NCBI GenBank assembly: GCA_963813155.1 | Contig: CAWEYG010000003.1 | Span: 896,001-960,000 of the forward strand | Origin: an uncultured Acidobacteriota bacterium | GTDB taxonomy: Bacteria > Acidobacteriota > Thermoanaerobaculia > UBA5066 > DATFVB01 | Direction: 5' to 3' | Length of the DNA stretch: 64,000 nt | In this document: positions 42,133 to 51,187 of the stretch, piece after piece | Position numbering within the stretch: position 1 is the first letter of the stretch | How the letters are laid out: the number at the start of each line of letters is the position of its first letter | Notes under the pieces: model-generated | What the model was told of the DNA's origin: nothing | What the model saw: the letters and a program-made list of their open reading frames with translations, nothing else | Database searches by the model: none | Made by a program: the position numbers and the translations under genes

Positions 42133-44132
42133 TTCGAAGCCTGCGCCGCGGCCGTCGGGGGAAGGCTCTCGAGGTACGACGTGATCCTCAGCGCGTCTGT
42201 GTCGGACAGGCCGTAGTTCGGGCAACGGACGTCGGCCCTCCAGCGTTGCGGCCCCTTCATCCAGTAGTAGACCCACCCCGGCCGGAGCCGCTTCGGGGTA
42301 TCCGTGAGAGGGGGTCCGACGTACCCGCCCGAAGCCCCGAGGATGTGGCAGCCCCGGCAACCGAGAGTGATGTAGAGACGCGATCCCTCGGAGGCGTCCG
42401 AGTCGCCCGCCGGCCGGCCGGCGAAGGGGTCCTCGGCGATCGCGGGATCGACGTAGAAATTCTGGATCGCGTCGGCGAGCAGCGCGGCCTGCTCGCGCGT
42501 GATCCGGAGCGACGGCATCCGTTCTTCGAGGATCGGGCGCAGCGTGTACGGCGCCGCGAGGTAGTCGACGAGCCACTCTCGTTTCACCTTGCTTCCCTCG
42601 AAGGTCAGAGGCGCCGTCGAGATGTCCTCGCCCCGGTCGCCAATCCGGTGGCAGGAGAGACAGCGGTAGCTTTCGACGAGCTTGCCGATCTGCCCGCCCG
42701 GGAGGAGGGCCGGCGCCGCCGTCGATTCCACGCGATAGCGTTCGGGAGGCGGCTCGGAGCCGAGCGAGAGAAGCGCCGTGACGACTGCGCGCGCATCCTC
42801 CGCATTCAAGCCGTAAGACGGCATCTTCAGACCCTGCGCGAAGGACCGGGGCGCGTCGATTTTCGCCGCGAGCCAGGCGGGAAGCGTCCTCGGAATGTCG
42901 GTTCGGCGCCCGAAGTCCAGGGACGAAGCCTTCTTGTCGCCAATCCCAGCGAGGTCCGGGCCGAACTTCTCGCCCCGGCCCGAAACCGACGGGTCATGGC
43001 ACGAGAGACATCCGGAAGTCCGAAAGACCTTCTCGCCCTTCTCGGCGAGAGTTTGATTGACCCGGATCGGCTCGAGGACGTTGGCCGGAGCTTCGAAATC
43101 GCGAAAGTCCTGCTCGAGGTAGGCCACGACATCGCGCGATTCGGCCTCGGAGAAGTTGAAGCGGGGCATCCGCGTCCTCGGATTGAACGCCTGGGGATTG
43201 CGGAGGAAGGCGAGCAGCCACCCGCGGGTCGCCGCGGTGGCGACGTGCGAGAGCTCCGGCGCCGCGCCCTTTCCTTTTCCTTCCACGGTATGGCAGGTGA
43301 TGCAGCGCGATTCGGAAAAGAGCTTCTTTCCGGCCGCGGGATCGCCCGGGGCCTCCTGTTCCGCGGCCCGAATCTGTCGCGCGAGCAGGTCGGGAGCGGC
43401 GAGACTGAACACATAGTGCGCCAGCTCCTCGACGCTGTCGCCCGCCAGATGGAAGTTCGGCATCGTGGCATTGGGATCGACGCCATGCGGGTCCCTGAGC
43501 CACTGGCGCAGCCAGATCCCTCCCGTTTTCATCGACTCCGCCGCGAGCGGCGGGGCTTCGGACACGAAATCTCCGTGACCGGGAACCGAGTGGCAGGCAT
43601 AGCAGCCCTTCCGGGCCATCAGCTCGCGGCCGCGGGAGAGGGTCGGCGCCTCCGGCACGGCCGCGGTGAAATGGCAACGGCCGCATCCTCCTTCGAGAAA
43701 GGAAAGGGGCAGCATCGGCGGCCCGGCGTCCCGCGCGGTCCCGTGGGCGTCCTCGAGATCGGTTGCGAGCCCCTGCCCTCCGTGGCACGACGTGCAGCCG
43801 AATCGGTCGAAATCTGCGGGCGTGTGGGCGGTTCGGGAATGAAAACCGTACGGTTCGGGAGCGCCGGCCAAGACCGCGTCGGCCGCCCCGAGGTGGCAGG
43901 TCGTGCACCTGTCCACGCGATCGTTGAAGTCGCGCAGCCAGAATTGCTGAATGGCCACCGGACGGCTCGAATACTCGCGCGCCGACTTGAGGTTTTTCGC
44001 CCGGGACGCCGCGAGCGCGAAATAACGGCGCTGAATCCCGCGATACGGCCGCAGGACGTTCTTGACCGGCGAGACCGCGAGGACCGCGAGGAAGATCACG
44101 CTGGTCGCGGCGAAGATTCGTCGGAGCGGCAC
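42129..44132 (-). CDS. Membrane-anchored octaheme c-type cytochrome
   Basis: Eight CxxCH motifs (CTTCH, CTSCH, CGRCH, CYACH, CITCH, CLSCH twice, CRGCH); N-terminal TM helix. Confidence 0.92.
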   Translation of the reverse strand: MPLRRIFAATSVIFLAVLAVSPVKNVLRPYRGIQRRYFALAASRAKNLKSAREYSSRPVAIQQFWLRDFNDRVDRCTTCHLGAADAVLAGAPEPYGFHSRTAHTPADFDRFGCTSCHGGQGLATDLEDAHGTARDAGPPMLPLSFLEGGCGRCHFTAAVPEAPTLSRGRELMARKGCYACHSVPGHGDFVSEAPPLAAESMKTGGIWLRQWLRDPHGVDPNATMPNFHLAGDSVEELAHYVFSLAAPDLLARQIRAAEQEAPGDPAAGKKLFSESRCITCHTVEGKGKGAAPELSHVATAATRGWLLAFLRNPQAFNPRTRMPRFNFSEAESRDVVAYLEQDFRDFEAPANVLEPIRVNQTLAEKGEKVFRTSGCLSCHDPSVSGRGEKFGPDLAGIGDKKASSLDFGRRTDIPRTLPAWLAAKIDAPRSFAQGLKMPSYGLNAEDARAVVTALLSLGSEPPPERYRVESTAAPALLPGGQIGKLVESYRCLSCHRIGDRGEDISTAPLTFEGSKVKREWLVDYLAAPYTLRPILEERMPSLRITREQAALLADAIQNFYVDPAIAEDPFAGRPAGDSDASEGSRLYITLGCRGCHILGASGGYVGPPLTDTPKRLRPGWVYYWMKGPQRWRADVRCPNYGLSDTDALRITSYLESLPPTAAAQASK

Positions 44133-44141
44133 GTTTCCTCC

Positions 44142-44846
44142 CTAGAACCCGGTTCCCGCGTTCCAGGGCCAGACGAACGACCAGCCGGGGCCGCGAAAGA
44201 AAGTCCCGATGGCCGTGAGGATCGTGGCGATCATCACGAACCAGGTCATGATCCATTCGGGCAGCGTCACGCCCGAGAGAACGCGCCGGAGGCGGCCCCC
44301 CTGCTCCCCTCCGCGCGCGGCGAACATCGCGGCCGCGACGAGAACCGTGGGCACCACGACCGGCCAGCAACCTGAGGCTCCGAAGGCCACGACAAGTGCT
44401 CCGGTGGCGGCGACCAGCGCGATCGCCTGCTTCCTGCCTTTTCCAGCCCAGAGCGGGCCCGCCGTCAGGTTGATCCGGGCATAGGGAATGACGACGAGGG
44501 AGATCACGACGAGAGCCGGCAGCAGAACGCCGGCGACGATCGGCGGAAAATAGTGGAGAAGCTCCTGAAGTCCGAGAAAGTACCAGGGGGCCTTCGCGGG
44601 ATTCGGCGTCTCGAGCGGATTGGCGATTCCTTCCAGCGGCGCGTCGAACGCGAATGCCGCGACTGCTAGCGCGATTACCACGACCTGGAACAGGATGATC
44701 TCGCGAAGGATCAGGTGGGGAAAGGTCATCACGTATCGCTCGTCGTCCCGGCGGACGGCCGGCCGCATCTGCGGGTTCAGGAGCGCGACCCGGATCGGAA
44801 CGGCGAGCGGGTCGTTGGATTCGACGAGGTCGATCTCGCGGCTCAT
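44142..44846 (-). CDS. Cytochrome b C-terminal part (subunit IV / PetD-like)
   Basis: [38 protein letters not shown]. Confidence 0.88.
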   Translation of the reverse strand: MSREIDLVESNDPLAVPIRVALLNPQMRPAVRRDDERYVMTFPHLILREIILFQVVVIALAVAAFAFDAPLEGIANPLETPNPAKAPWYFLGLQELLHYFPPIVAGVLLPALVVISLVVIPYARINLTAGPLWAGKGRKQAIALVAATGALVVAFGASGCWPVVVPTVLVAAAMFAARGGEQGGRLRRVLSGVTLPEWIMTWFVMIATILTAIGTFFRGPGWSFVWPWNAGTGF

Positions 44847-45628
44847 GGAAGATCCTCCTCTCGTAGCTCATCTTCCGGCGGGCCGCCGTCTTCTTCGGGG
44901 GGACCCTGCACCCCGCCGTCCTTGCGGACTCGCCAAACGTGAACCGAGACGAACAGGAGCAGCGCAACCGGAAGCACGACGCAGTGGAGGACGTAGAAGC
45001 GGAGCAGGGCGTTTTCCGACACGACGTTTCCGCCCAGCAGCAGGAAGCGAACCTTGTCGCCGATGAAAGGCGCCTGTTTCGCCATGTTCGTCCCGACCGA
45101 GACGCCCCAGAAGGCGAGCTGGTCCCACGGCAGGAGATAGCCCGTGTACGAGAGAAGAAGAGTCAGGATCAGGAGGACGACGCCGATGACCCAGTTGAAT
45201 TGGCGCGGCGGCCGATAGGCCCGGTGGTAGAAGACGCGGAGCATGTGGAGAATCGCCGCGAAGACCATCGCGTGCGCGGCCCATCGGTGGAGGTTTCTCA
45301 GGAAGAGCCCGTTGTCCACGACGTAGTGGAGCTCTTTCATGTCCTTGTAGGCCTGGGGAACGGAGGGATGATAGTAGAACATCAGCAGGACGCCCGTCGC
45401 GACGAGAATGGCCGAGCAGGCGAGCGCGATTCCCCCGAGCCAGTAGGTGTGCCGGAAGAGGAGGGTCTTTTCGCGGACCTTGACCGGATGAACGTGGAGA
45501 AACAGGTTCCCGAAGATGATGAGCGATCGGTTCAGGTTCGTGTCGGCTACGCCGTGCCGCACGATCGAGCGATAGACCGAAGTCTCGCGAATTCTGCGCC
45601 AGAGCATTTCCATCGTCGATTCCTTCAT
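44843..45628 (-). CDS. Cytochrome b6-like N-terminal subunit
   Basis: [43 protein letters not shown]. Confidence 0.92.
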   Translation of the reverse strand: MKESTMEMLWRRIRETSVYRSIVRHGVADTNLNRSLIIFGNLFLHVHPVKVREKTLLFRHTYWLGGIALACSAILVATGVLLMFYYHPSVPQAYKDMKELHYVVDNGLFLRNLHRWAAHAMVFAAILHMLRVFYHRAYRPPRQFNWVIGVVLLILTLLLSYTGYLLPWDQLAFWGVSVGTNMAKQAPFIGDKVRFLLLGGNVVSENALLRFYVLHCVVLPVALLLFVSVHVWRVRKDGGVQGPPEEDGGPPEDELREEDLP

Positions 45629-46080
45629 GCTTTGAACAGCTTTCCGTGCGGAATCACGATGCTCGTGTCGACCAGGAGATTCCCCGCCGCGTCGGAAGTC
45701 ACCTCGAGCCAGGGAAGCGGACGGGGAGCGGGGCCGTGGGAGACGTTGCCCTCCAGATCGAAGCGGCTCCCGTGGCAGGGGCAGGCGATCGCTCCCTCGT
45801 CGGAAACGAATCGCGTAATGCAGCCGAGATGCGTGCAAACGGCGGAAAGGGCGTAGATCCCGCCCGGCCCCCCAATGACGTAGGCCTTCTGCTCCTTGTT
45901 GAAACGGACCGTGCCTTCCGGATAGTCGCCCGAGCCTCCCGCGCGAAACGTGGTCGGCGGTTCGAACAGGACCTTCGGCTTGAGGTAGTCGAGCGTCACC
46001 ACGCCGGAACCGAGCGCAGCCGCCGCGCAAGCGCCGACTCCGATGCGAGCGAGAAAGTCCCGCCGGCTCGACTCGTCCAT
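45625..46080 (-). CDS. Rieske [2Fe-2S] protein with Tat signal
   Basis: SRRDFL; CTHLGC; CPCHGSRF; GPAPRPL. Confidence 0.95.
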   Translation of the reverse strand: MDESSRRDFLARIGVGACAAAALGSGVVTLDYLKPKVLFEPPTTFRAGGSGDYPEGTVRFNKEQKAYVIGGPGGIYALSAVCTHLGCITRFVSDEGAIACPCHGSRFDLEGNVSHGPAPRPLPWLEVTSDAAGNLLVDTSIVIPHGKLFKA

Positions 46081-46108
46081 CTCGCGCAGATTCGGATCTC
46101 TCGCGCCG

Positions 46109-47938
46109 TCAGGCAACAGCGTCCCCCTTCCTCCCAAAACTCTGCATCGTGATCGTTCCGGCCGGACACCGGGCGGCGCACAGGCCGCAGCGAATGCAGA
46201 CGGTCTCGTCCTTCAGAAAAATCGCCCCCTCGCGCCGGCCCTCGATGACGATCGGCGCGATTTCGCGCGCGGCCGGCGACCCTCGCCGGATTAAGGCCTG
46301 CGGAAGGATCTCGATGCAGTTCTCCGGGCAGATGTCCTGGCATCCGCCGCAGAGGATGCATTCCGTTCCCTGGGAGGCGCTCTCTTCGAAGATCGTGTTC
46401 GTCCAGCAATGGAGGCAGCGGGAGCCCTCGAGCCGAGCCTGCTTCTCGGAAAAGCACTCCTCGACCTCCGCGATTCCGATCCGGCGGGCGATCGGCCGGG
46501 TCGGAGGCTTCTGGCGCGGGAGGCCCTCGAAATCCAGAGGTTTGGCATAGCGGCCATGGACGTCGATCTCGACCTCGATCTCGGGCTCGTTGCGCGGACG
46601 GCCGCGCAGGAATTCGTCGATCGACCGCGCCGCCTTCTTTCCGTCCGCGATCGCGTTGATCGCGATCCGGGGACCGAACGCCGCGTCGCCGCCGGTGTAC
46701 ACGCCCGGCGCCGTCGTCGCGAGCGTGTCGGGGTTCATCGTGATCCGGCCCCCTTTGATCGCAATACCGTCTTCCGGGCGGAGAAACGAGAAGTCACCCG
46801 TCTGGCCGATCGCCATGATCGCGGTATCGGCCTCCAAAACGGTTTCCGAACCCTCCAGAAATTGAGGTGAAAAACGGCCAGACTCGTCGAAAACCCGCGA
46901 GACCTTCCGGAATTCGATTCCCGTCAGGCCGGACGGTCCGCCGAGAAAACGGCTGGGCCCGAGCCGATGTCGGAAACGAATCCCCTCCGAGGAAGCCTCT
47001 TCGATCTCGTCGCCGGCGGCGGGCATCTCCGCCTCGGATTCGAGGCAGCAGACCGTCACCTCGCGGGCGCCGAACCGGACGGCGCTCCTGGCGACGTCGA
47101 GCGCCTGCACGATCGACAGATTGCGCTCCGTGTTGACCTGCTCCCCGGCCCGGGCCGCCGTGCGGGCGACGTCGAGGGCGACGTTGCCGCCGCCGATCAC
47201 GACGACGCGCCGGCCCATTTCGAGCTTGTAGCCGAGGTTGATGTTCAAGAGATAGTCGATCCCCCGGAGCACGCCGTCGAGTTCGACGCCCGGGATCGTC
47301 AGGTCCCGGCTCCGCATCGCCCCCACGCCGAGAAAGACGGACCGAAATCCCTGCGCCTGCAGGTCCGAGATCGTGAAGTCGGTCCCCAGTCTGGTGTTGG
47401 TCTTCAGCTCGACGCCCAGGGAAAGGATCGCGTTGATCTCGAGCTGGATGATCGCCCGCGGCAAGCGATACTCGGGCACGCCGAGGCGGAGCATGCCCCC
47501 GGCCACGGGAGCTCCTTCGAAGATCGTCACCGGATACCCCATGATCGCCAGGTCATGCGCGCACGCGAGGCCCGCCGGGCCCGATCCGATCACCGCGACT
47601 TTCTCCGCATAGCGGTCACGTCGGGCTCCGAAGATCTCCGTCAGTACCGAAAAGTCCATCATGCTTTCGACACCGAACTTTTCCGTGACGAAGCGCTTGA
47701 GGGCGCGGATCGAGATCGGAGCGTCGAGCTCCCCCCTTCGGCAGACGCTCTCGCAGGGCGCCGCGCAGATCCTTCCGCAGATCGAGGCGAGCGGGTTGGG
47801 CTTTCGAGCCACCGCGTAGGCTTCCCGGAACTTCCCCTGCGCGATCAGGGCCACATACTTCCCCGCTTCGGTGTGGACCGGGCAGGCCCACTTGCAGGGA
47901 AAGTTCCGTTCCAGCCATTCGACGTTGACGCCGGTCAC
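46109..47938 (-). CDS. NAD(P)/FAD-dependent FeS oxidoreductase (GltD/NfnB-like) with C-terminal 2[4Fe-4S] domain
   Basis: PCKWACP, CGRICAAPCESVC, GSGPAG, GVPEYRLP, GGGNVALD, GGD, RCLHC, CILCGGCQDICP, CIRCGLCAARCP; probable GTG start at 47938. Confidence 0.9.
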   Translation of the reverse strand: MTGVNVEWLERNFPCKWACPVHTEAGKYVALIAQGKFREAYAVARKPNPLASICGRICAAPCESVCRRGELDAPISIRALKRFVTEKFGVESMMDFSVLTEIFGARRDRYAEKVAVIGSGPAGLACAHDLAIMGYPVTIFEGAPVAGGMLRLGVPEYRLPRAIIQLEINAILSLGVELKTNTRLGTDFTISDLQAQGFRSVFLGVGAMRSRDLTIPGVELDGVLRGIDYLLNINLGYKLEMGRRVVVIGGGNVALDVARTAARAGEQVNTERNLSIVQALDVARSAVRFGAREVTVCCLESEAEMPAAGDEIEEASSEGIRFRHRLGPSRFLGGPSGLTGIEFRKVSRVFDESGRFSPQFLEGSETVLEADTAIMAIGQTGDFSFLRPEDGIAIKGGRITMNPDTLATTAPGVYTGGDAAFGPRIAINAIADGKKAARSIDEFLRGRPRNEPEIEVEIDVHGRYAKPLDFEGLPRQKPPTRPIARRIGIAEVEECFSEKQARLEGSRCLHCWTNTIFEESASQGTECILCGGCQDICPENCIEILPQALIRRGSPAAREIAPIVIEGRREGAIFLKDETVCIRCGLCAARCPAGTITMQSFGRKGDAVA

Positions 47939-47949
47939 ACGATGTCCCG

Positions 47950-49299
47950 TCAGAACACGAATCTCGCCAGGACGTACAGGGTATTGTTGTCGCTCGCATT
48001 GCGCCCGGAACCGTCGTAATTCGTCTTCGCGCCGTTGAACTTCGTATAGACCGTGTACTGCGCGGCGAGCTGGCAGTTCTGAACCGGCCACCAGGATACG
48101 TTCGCGATGTAACCCGAGCTGTTCGGGCTGCCGGTCGCGCTTCCGCTGAGATCCGCCGGGGCGAAGAGAAGCGTGTCCGGAGTCCCGGTGACGTTGAACA
48201 AGCCGATTCCTGCCGAGTAGCGGTTCCCCAGATGGTAGTTGGCGCTGGCCGCCACCGAGCTCAGGTGGTGCTTCTCCCGATCGGCACCGCCCTGGTCGAA
48301 GCTCCCGGTCAGGGTCGAATTCTCGCGGATGTATGTCCCGCGCAGCGAGAGAACGTCCGTTCGGAACAGCGTTTGGTCGTATTGCGTGTCTGCTCCCCAA
48401 TCGGTGAACTCGTCCTCGGGGCCCGAGACGGAATTCGGGTTGGACTTCACGCGCATGCCGAAGCCTCCGACCTCCAGGAAATTGTTTCCCGCGATCGTCT
48501 GCTGCCACGCGACCCGCCAGTAGGGAGCGACACCGCGAATGTTGACGGCAAAGCCCTCGCCCGACGTCGGGGCAGGACTCCCCACGTGATCCGAGCGGTA
48601 GAGCGTTCCCGCGAGGTAGAGATGGTCATCCCACATCGCATAAGCACCGAGGCCCGCCACATCCTGGCCGAGACTCGCGATGATCGGAGCCGCTGTCGGG
48701 GTCGGTGCGGAGTCGCTCGCCATGAACGGATAGCCCCAGGCCGGTGTCGTGTTCCAGAGATCCTCGACGGTCGGATTGTTGTTGAGCGTCAAACCGTAAA
48801 CGAGCTCTTTGCCTCCCATCTTCGTCAAGTTGGCATAGCGCACGTCGCTATTGTCGATGCTGAAGTGATCGTCCTGCTTGGTGTAGGTCACCTGCACGAA
48901 GCTGCCAATGTGCGTCGTCCAGGCGCCGGAAAGAAAGAGCGAGATGTCCTGCGGGAATTCGACGTTCCCATTCTGCGTGCCGGGTTGAGTCTTGTTTGTG
49001 TGCGTGTAAGAGGTTTCCAACCACGCGGAAAGAGGAAGGGTCTTGAGCAGGTTGAGGCCGGCATGGGTTTCCTTCGGCTCGTTTACGACCGCTGGCGTCT
49101 CCTGGGCGCGGTCCGTGTAGCCCAGCAGCTTGAACCGCCGGCCAGCGCTGTTGAGCTCGGGAGGAGTGGTATGGCAGCCGTTACACGCAAGTCCCGTCTG
49201 TCGAGCGAAGCTCGGGACAGATTGCGCGGTCGAGCGAAACAAGACGGCGACGGCAAAGGACACGGCGACGACGAACAGGAACGAATAGCGGTTCTTCAT
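47950..49299 (-). CDS. Cyc2-like outer-membrane monoheme cytochrome-porin fusion
   Basis: Signal peptide followed by VPSFARQTGLACNGCH..PELN..GR.FK..GY (Cyc2 heme-domain signature), beta-strand-rich body, terminal Phe. Confidence 0.85.
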   Translation of the reverse strand: MKNRYSFLFVVAVSFAVAVLFRSTAQSVPSFARQTGLACNGCHTTPPELNSAGRRFKLLGYTDRAQETPAVVNEPKETHAGLNLLKTLPLSAWLETSYTHTNKTQPGTQNGNVEFPQDISLFLSGAWTTHIGSFVQVTYTKQDDHFSIDNSDVRYANLTKMGGKELVYGLTLNNNPTVEDLWNTTPAWGYPFMASDSAPTPTAAPIIASLGQDVAGLGAYAMWDDHLYLAGTLYRSDHVGSPAPTSGEGFAVNIRGVAPYWRVAWQQTIAGNNFLEVGGFGMRVKSNPNSVSGPEDEFTDWGADTQYDQTLFRTDVLSLRGTYIRENSTLTGSFDQGGADREKHHLSSVAASANYHLGNRYSAGIGLFNVTGTPDTLLFAPADLSGSATGSPNSSGYIANVSWWPVQNCQLAAQYTVYTKFNGAKTNYDGSGRNASDNNTLYVLARFVF

Positions 49300-49301
49300 C
49301 T

Positions 49302-49877
49302 CTACCTCGCGATTTCAAAGTCCGCCGTCGTGGCGCCTTTCACCGTGACGGCCTTCTGGGTTCCTTTCGCTTTCGGATGCCAGACCTTGACCGTGTAAGC
49401 ACCATCGGGAACGTCGGCAATCCGGAACGAACCGTCCGCCTTTGTGACCGCAAAATACGGAGTCGGAACCGCTGCGACAAAGCCTTCCATCTCGGGATGG
49501 ACCTTGCAGAGGAGTGTGGCGACGCACTCTTTCTTGAACGTGTAGCTCTTGGTCTGCCCCTTGGGCCACGTGCCGAGATTGAACTTGTCGGCGCAGGCAT
49601 CCGGGGAGTACACGTTGTGCAGGACGGCGTCGGAATTGAGAAAATCCACGGTCGTTCCGACGAGCACTGGGACGACGTGCGGACTGAAGATCAGGTTCGC
49701 CTGGTCCATCTTCGCGTGAGCGGTCGGCGCGGGAAACGTCTTCCCCGACTCGACGGCGTAAACCACCGCGTCGGCGCTGTCGCGGGTCCCCTTCACCTTC
49801 ACTTTTCCCTGGATCTCACCCGCGAGAAGGGGTGCGCCAACGCTCAGAATCACTACTGCGATCAAATTATTCTTCAT
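49302..49877 (-). CDS. Periplasmic type-1 copper (cupredoxin) protein with carboxypeptidase-regulatory-like beta domain
   Basis: Signal peptide; F.P..V.F.NSD..HNVYS..CKVHPEM (His, Cys, His, Met); DGSFRI..VP.G.Y.V.VWH. Confidence 0.8.
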   Translation of the reverse strand: MKNNLIAVVILSVGAPLLAGEIQGKVKVKGTRDSADAVVYAVESGKTFPAPTAHAKMDQANLIFSPHVVPVLVGTTVDFLNSDAVLHNVYSPDACADKFNLGTWPKGQTKSYTFKKECVATLLCKVHPEMEGFVAAVPTPYFAVTKADGSFRIADVPDGAYTVKVWHPKAKGTQKAVTVKGATTADFEIAR

Positions 49878-49959
49878 TGAGACCAACTCCTTTCAACACC
49901 ACAGATTCTGTCGCCCCGGGAGGTCCGATCCCATCCCGCAAGCTCACCGAATTACGTAG

Positions 49960-50652
49960 TTAAACCTCACCAGGCAAGAGGATGCGTTTCTGGAACGCGA
50001 AGGCGACTGCCTCGGCCTTCGAGTGGAGCTCGAGCTTGTCGAGGATGTTCTGGATGTGGTTGCGTGCCGTCAGGTGCGAGATATGGAGCCGATCCGCGAT
50101 CTCGGGCGTTGCCCGGCCGGCCGCGAGCATGCCGAGCACTTCGACTTCACGGGCCGTGAGCTTCCGGGCACGAGCGTCGGGCGACTCCCGGACGACGGAG
50201 AGCATCGATCGCGGCGGTATGGCAGGTTCTTCCGAGTCCTTCGGCTCCCTCCGGTCGGAGAGCTGAGGTTGAAGGATATGAGCGAGATAGAAGCGATCGG
50301 GAGGCCCGGATCCGACATTGAGGATGCTCACGTCCGCGACGATGCTCGCGCCTCCCTTCGCTTGGAGAGTCAGGCCGAAATGTCGGACAGGCTCGCCGCG
50401 GAAGGCCATCTGCGTGACCGGACAGGTCTCGGCGCAGTAGCGGTTCCCGTGGACGTCGCTGCCCTCCAACATCCCGGCGCAGCTGGCCCCCAGGGCTTCC
50501 TCCTCGCTGTAACCGAAGAGGTGCTCTGCGCTGTGGTTCCAGAAAACGATCCGGTTGCGCCGGTCGGTGGCGAAAACGGGCTCGGGCGAATGCTCGAGCG
50601 CCGAGAAAAGAGCGGCGACGTCGCCCGGGAGCTGAGCGGTGCCGAACCTCAT
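49960..50652 (-). CDS. PAS-LuxR(NarL-type HTH) transcription regulator, copy 1
   Basis: IVFWN.SAE.LFGY PAS; C-X14-C-X3-CP; LTAREVEVL..IA..L.IS..T.RNH..NI..KL. Confidence 0.9.
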   Translation of the reverse strand: MRFGTAQLPGDVAALFSALEHSPEPVFATDRRNRIVFWNHSAEHLFGYSEEEALGASCAGMLEGSDVHGNRYCAETCPVTQMAFRGEPVRHFGLTLQAKGGASIVADVSILNVGSGPPDRFYLAHILQPQLSDRREPKDSEEPAIPPRSMLSVVRESPDARARKLTAREVEVLGMLAAGRATPEIADRLHISHLTARNHIQNILDKLELHSKAEAVAFAFQKRILLPGEV

Positions 50653-51038
50653 CCGATTTTCGCGTTCTTGTTCAGGATCTCCCGGCAAAATCCTTCGAGC
50701 TCCTGATTCGTGAACTCGTTCCAGCCGTCGCAGGTGTCGTGCTCGCGCAGCTGTGCGTCGCAGGAGAGCGGAACGCGGTCCACGATCTGGCGCGCGAGCT
50801 GCCACTTGTTGGCGAGGTCCTCGATCTCCTCCCGGCTCGCCTTCGGGTTCCGGCGAGTGAGCCAGTCATGACGGTCGCGGAACTCCTCGTCCGAAAGGCG
50901 GCGAAATCCCCGGCAGAAGACGCCTTTCTCGGTCGCGACCTGACACATCGAGTGTTCGTCGTCCGTCATCGCGAGCAGGGTCTCGCGCAAGCGGCGAATC
51001 GCTTCGGCGCGCGATATCGAAGTTGTGATTGGCCCCAT
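50649..51038 (-). CDS. Hypothetical Cys/His-rich protein, translationally coupled to the regulator
   Basis: HSMC..FC.GF..SCD..HDTC.GW; ATGA overlap with the PAS-LuxR gene. Confidence 0.7.
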   Translation of the reverse strand: MGPITTSISRAEAIRRLRETLLAMTDDEHSMCQVATEKGVFCRGFRRLSDEEFRDRHDWLTRRNPKASREEIEDLANKWQLARQIVDRVPLSCDAQLREHDTCDGWNEFTNQELEGFCREILNKNAKIG

Positions 51039-51079
51039 AAAAACCTCCTCGGCTCGAAGGAACGCTGTTCCCGTCTTCG

Positions 51080-51181
51080 ATGATGCGAGAGGCCTGGCAC
51101 GGGGGCATGATGTGAACTCATCAAATGTCTCCGAAACTGATGCGTTTGCAGGAGGCGCCCGCGATCGGATCGCGCGACGAT
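51080..51181. promoter_or_regulatory. Divergent promoter region with two 7-2-7 operators
   Basis: TGATGTGAACTCATCA (51108-51123; minus-strand CATCAT 22 nt away) and TGATGCGTTTGCAGGA (51138-51153; GACGAT 22 nt downstream, ATG at 51188). Confidence 0.6.
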
Positions 51182-51187
51182 CGCGTC

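Noticed and set aside
46109-47938. Glutamate synthase small subunit (gltD)
   Set aside because: No gltB nearby, an extra ferredoxin domain, and the gene is embedded in a Rieske/cyt b operon
49887-49959. Copy of the 7-2-7 operator directly upstream of the cupredoxin gene
   Set aside because: The best match (TGAGCTTGCGGGATGG) is poor; the operon may instead be read through from the 51108 promoter
51108-51123. FNR or CRP box
   Set aside because: Half-site sequence and spacing differ from both consensuses
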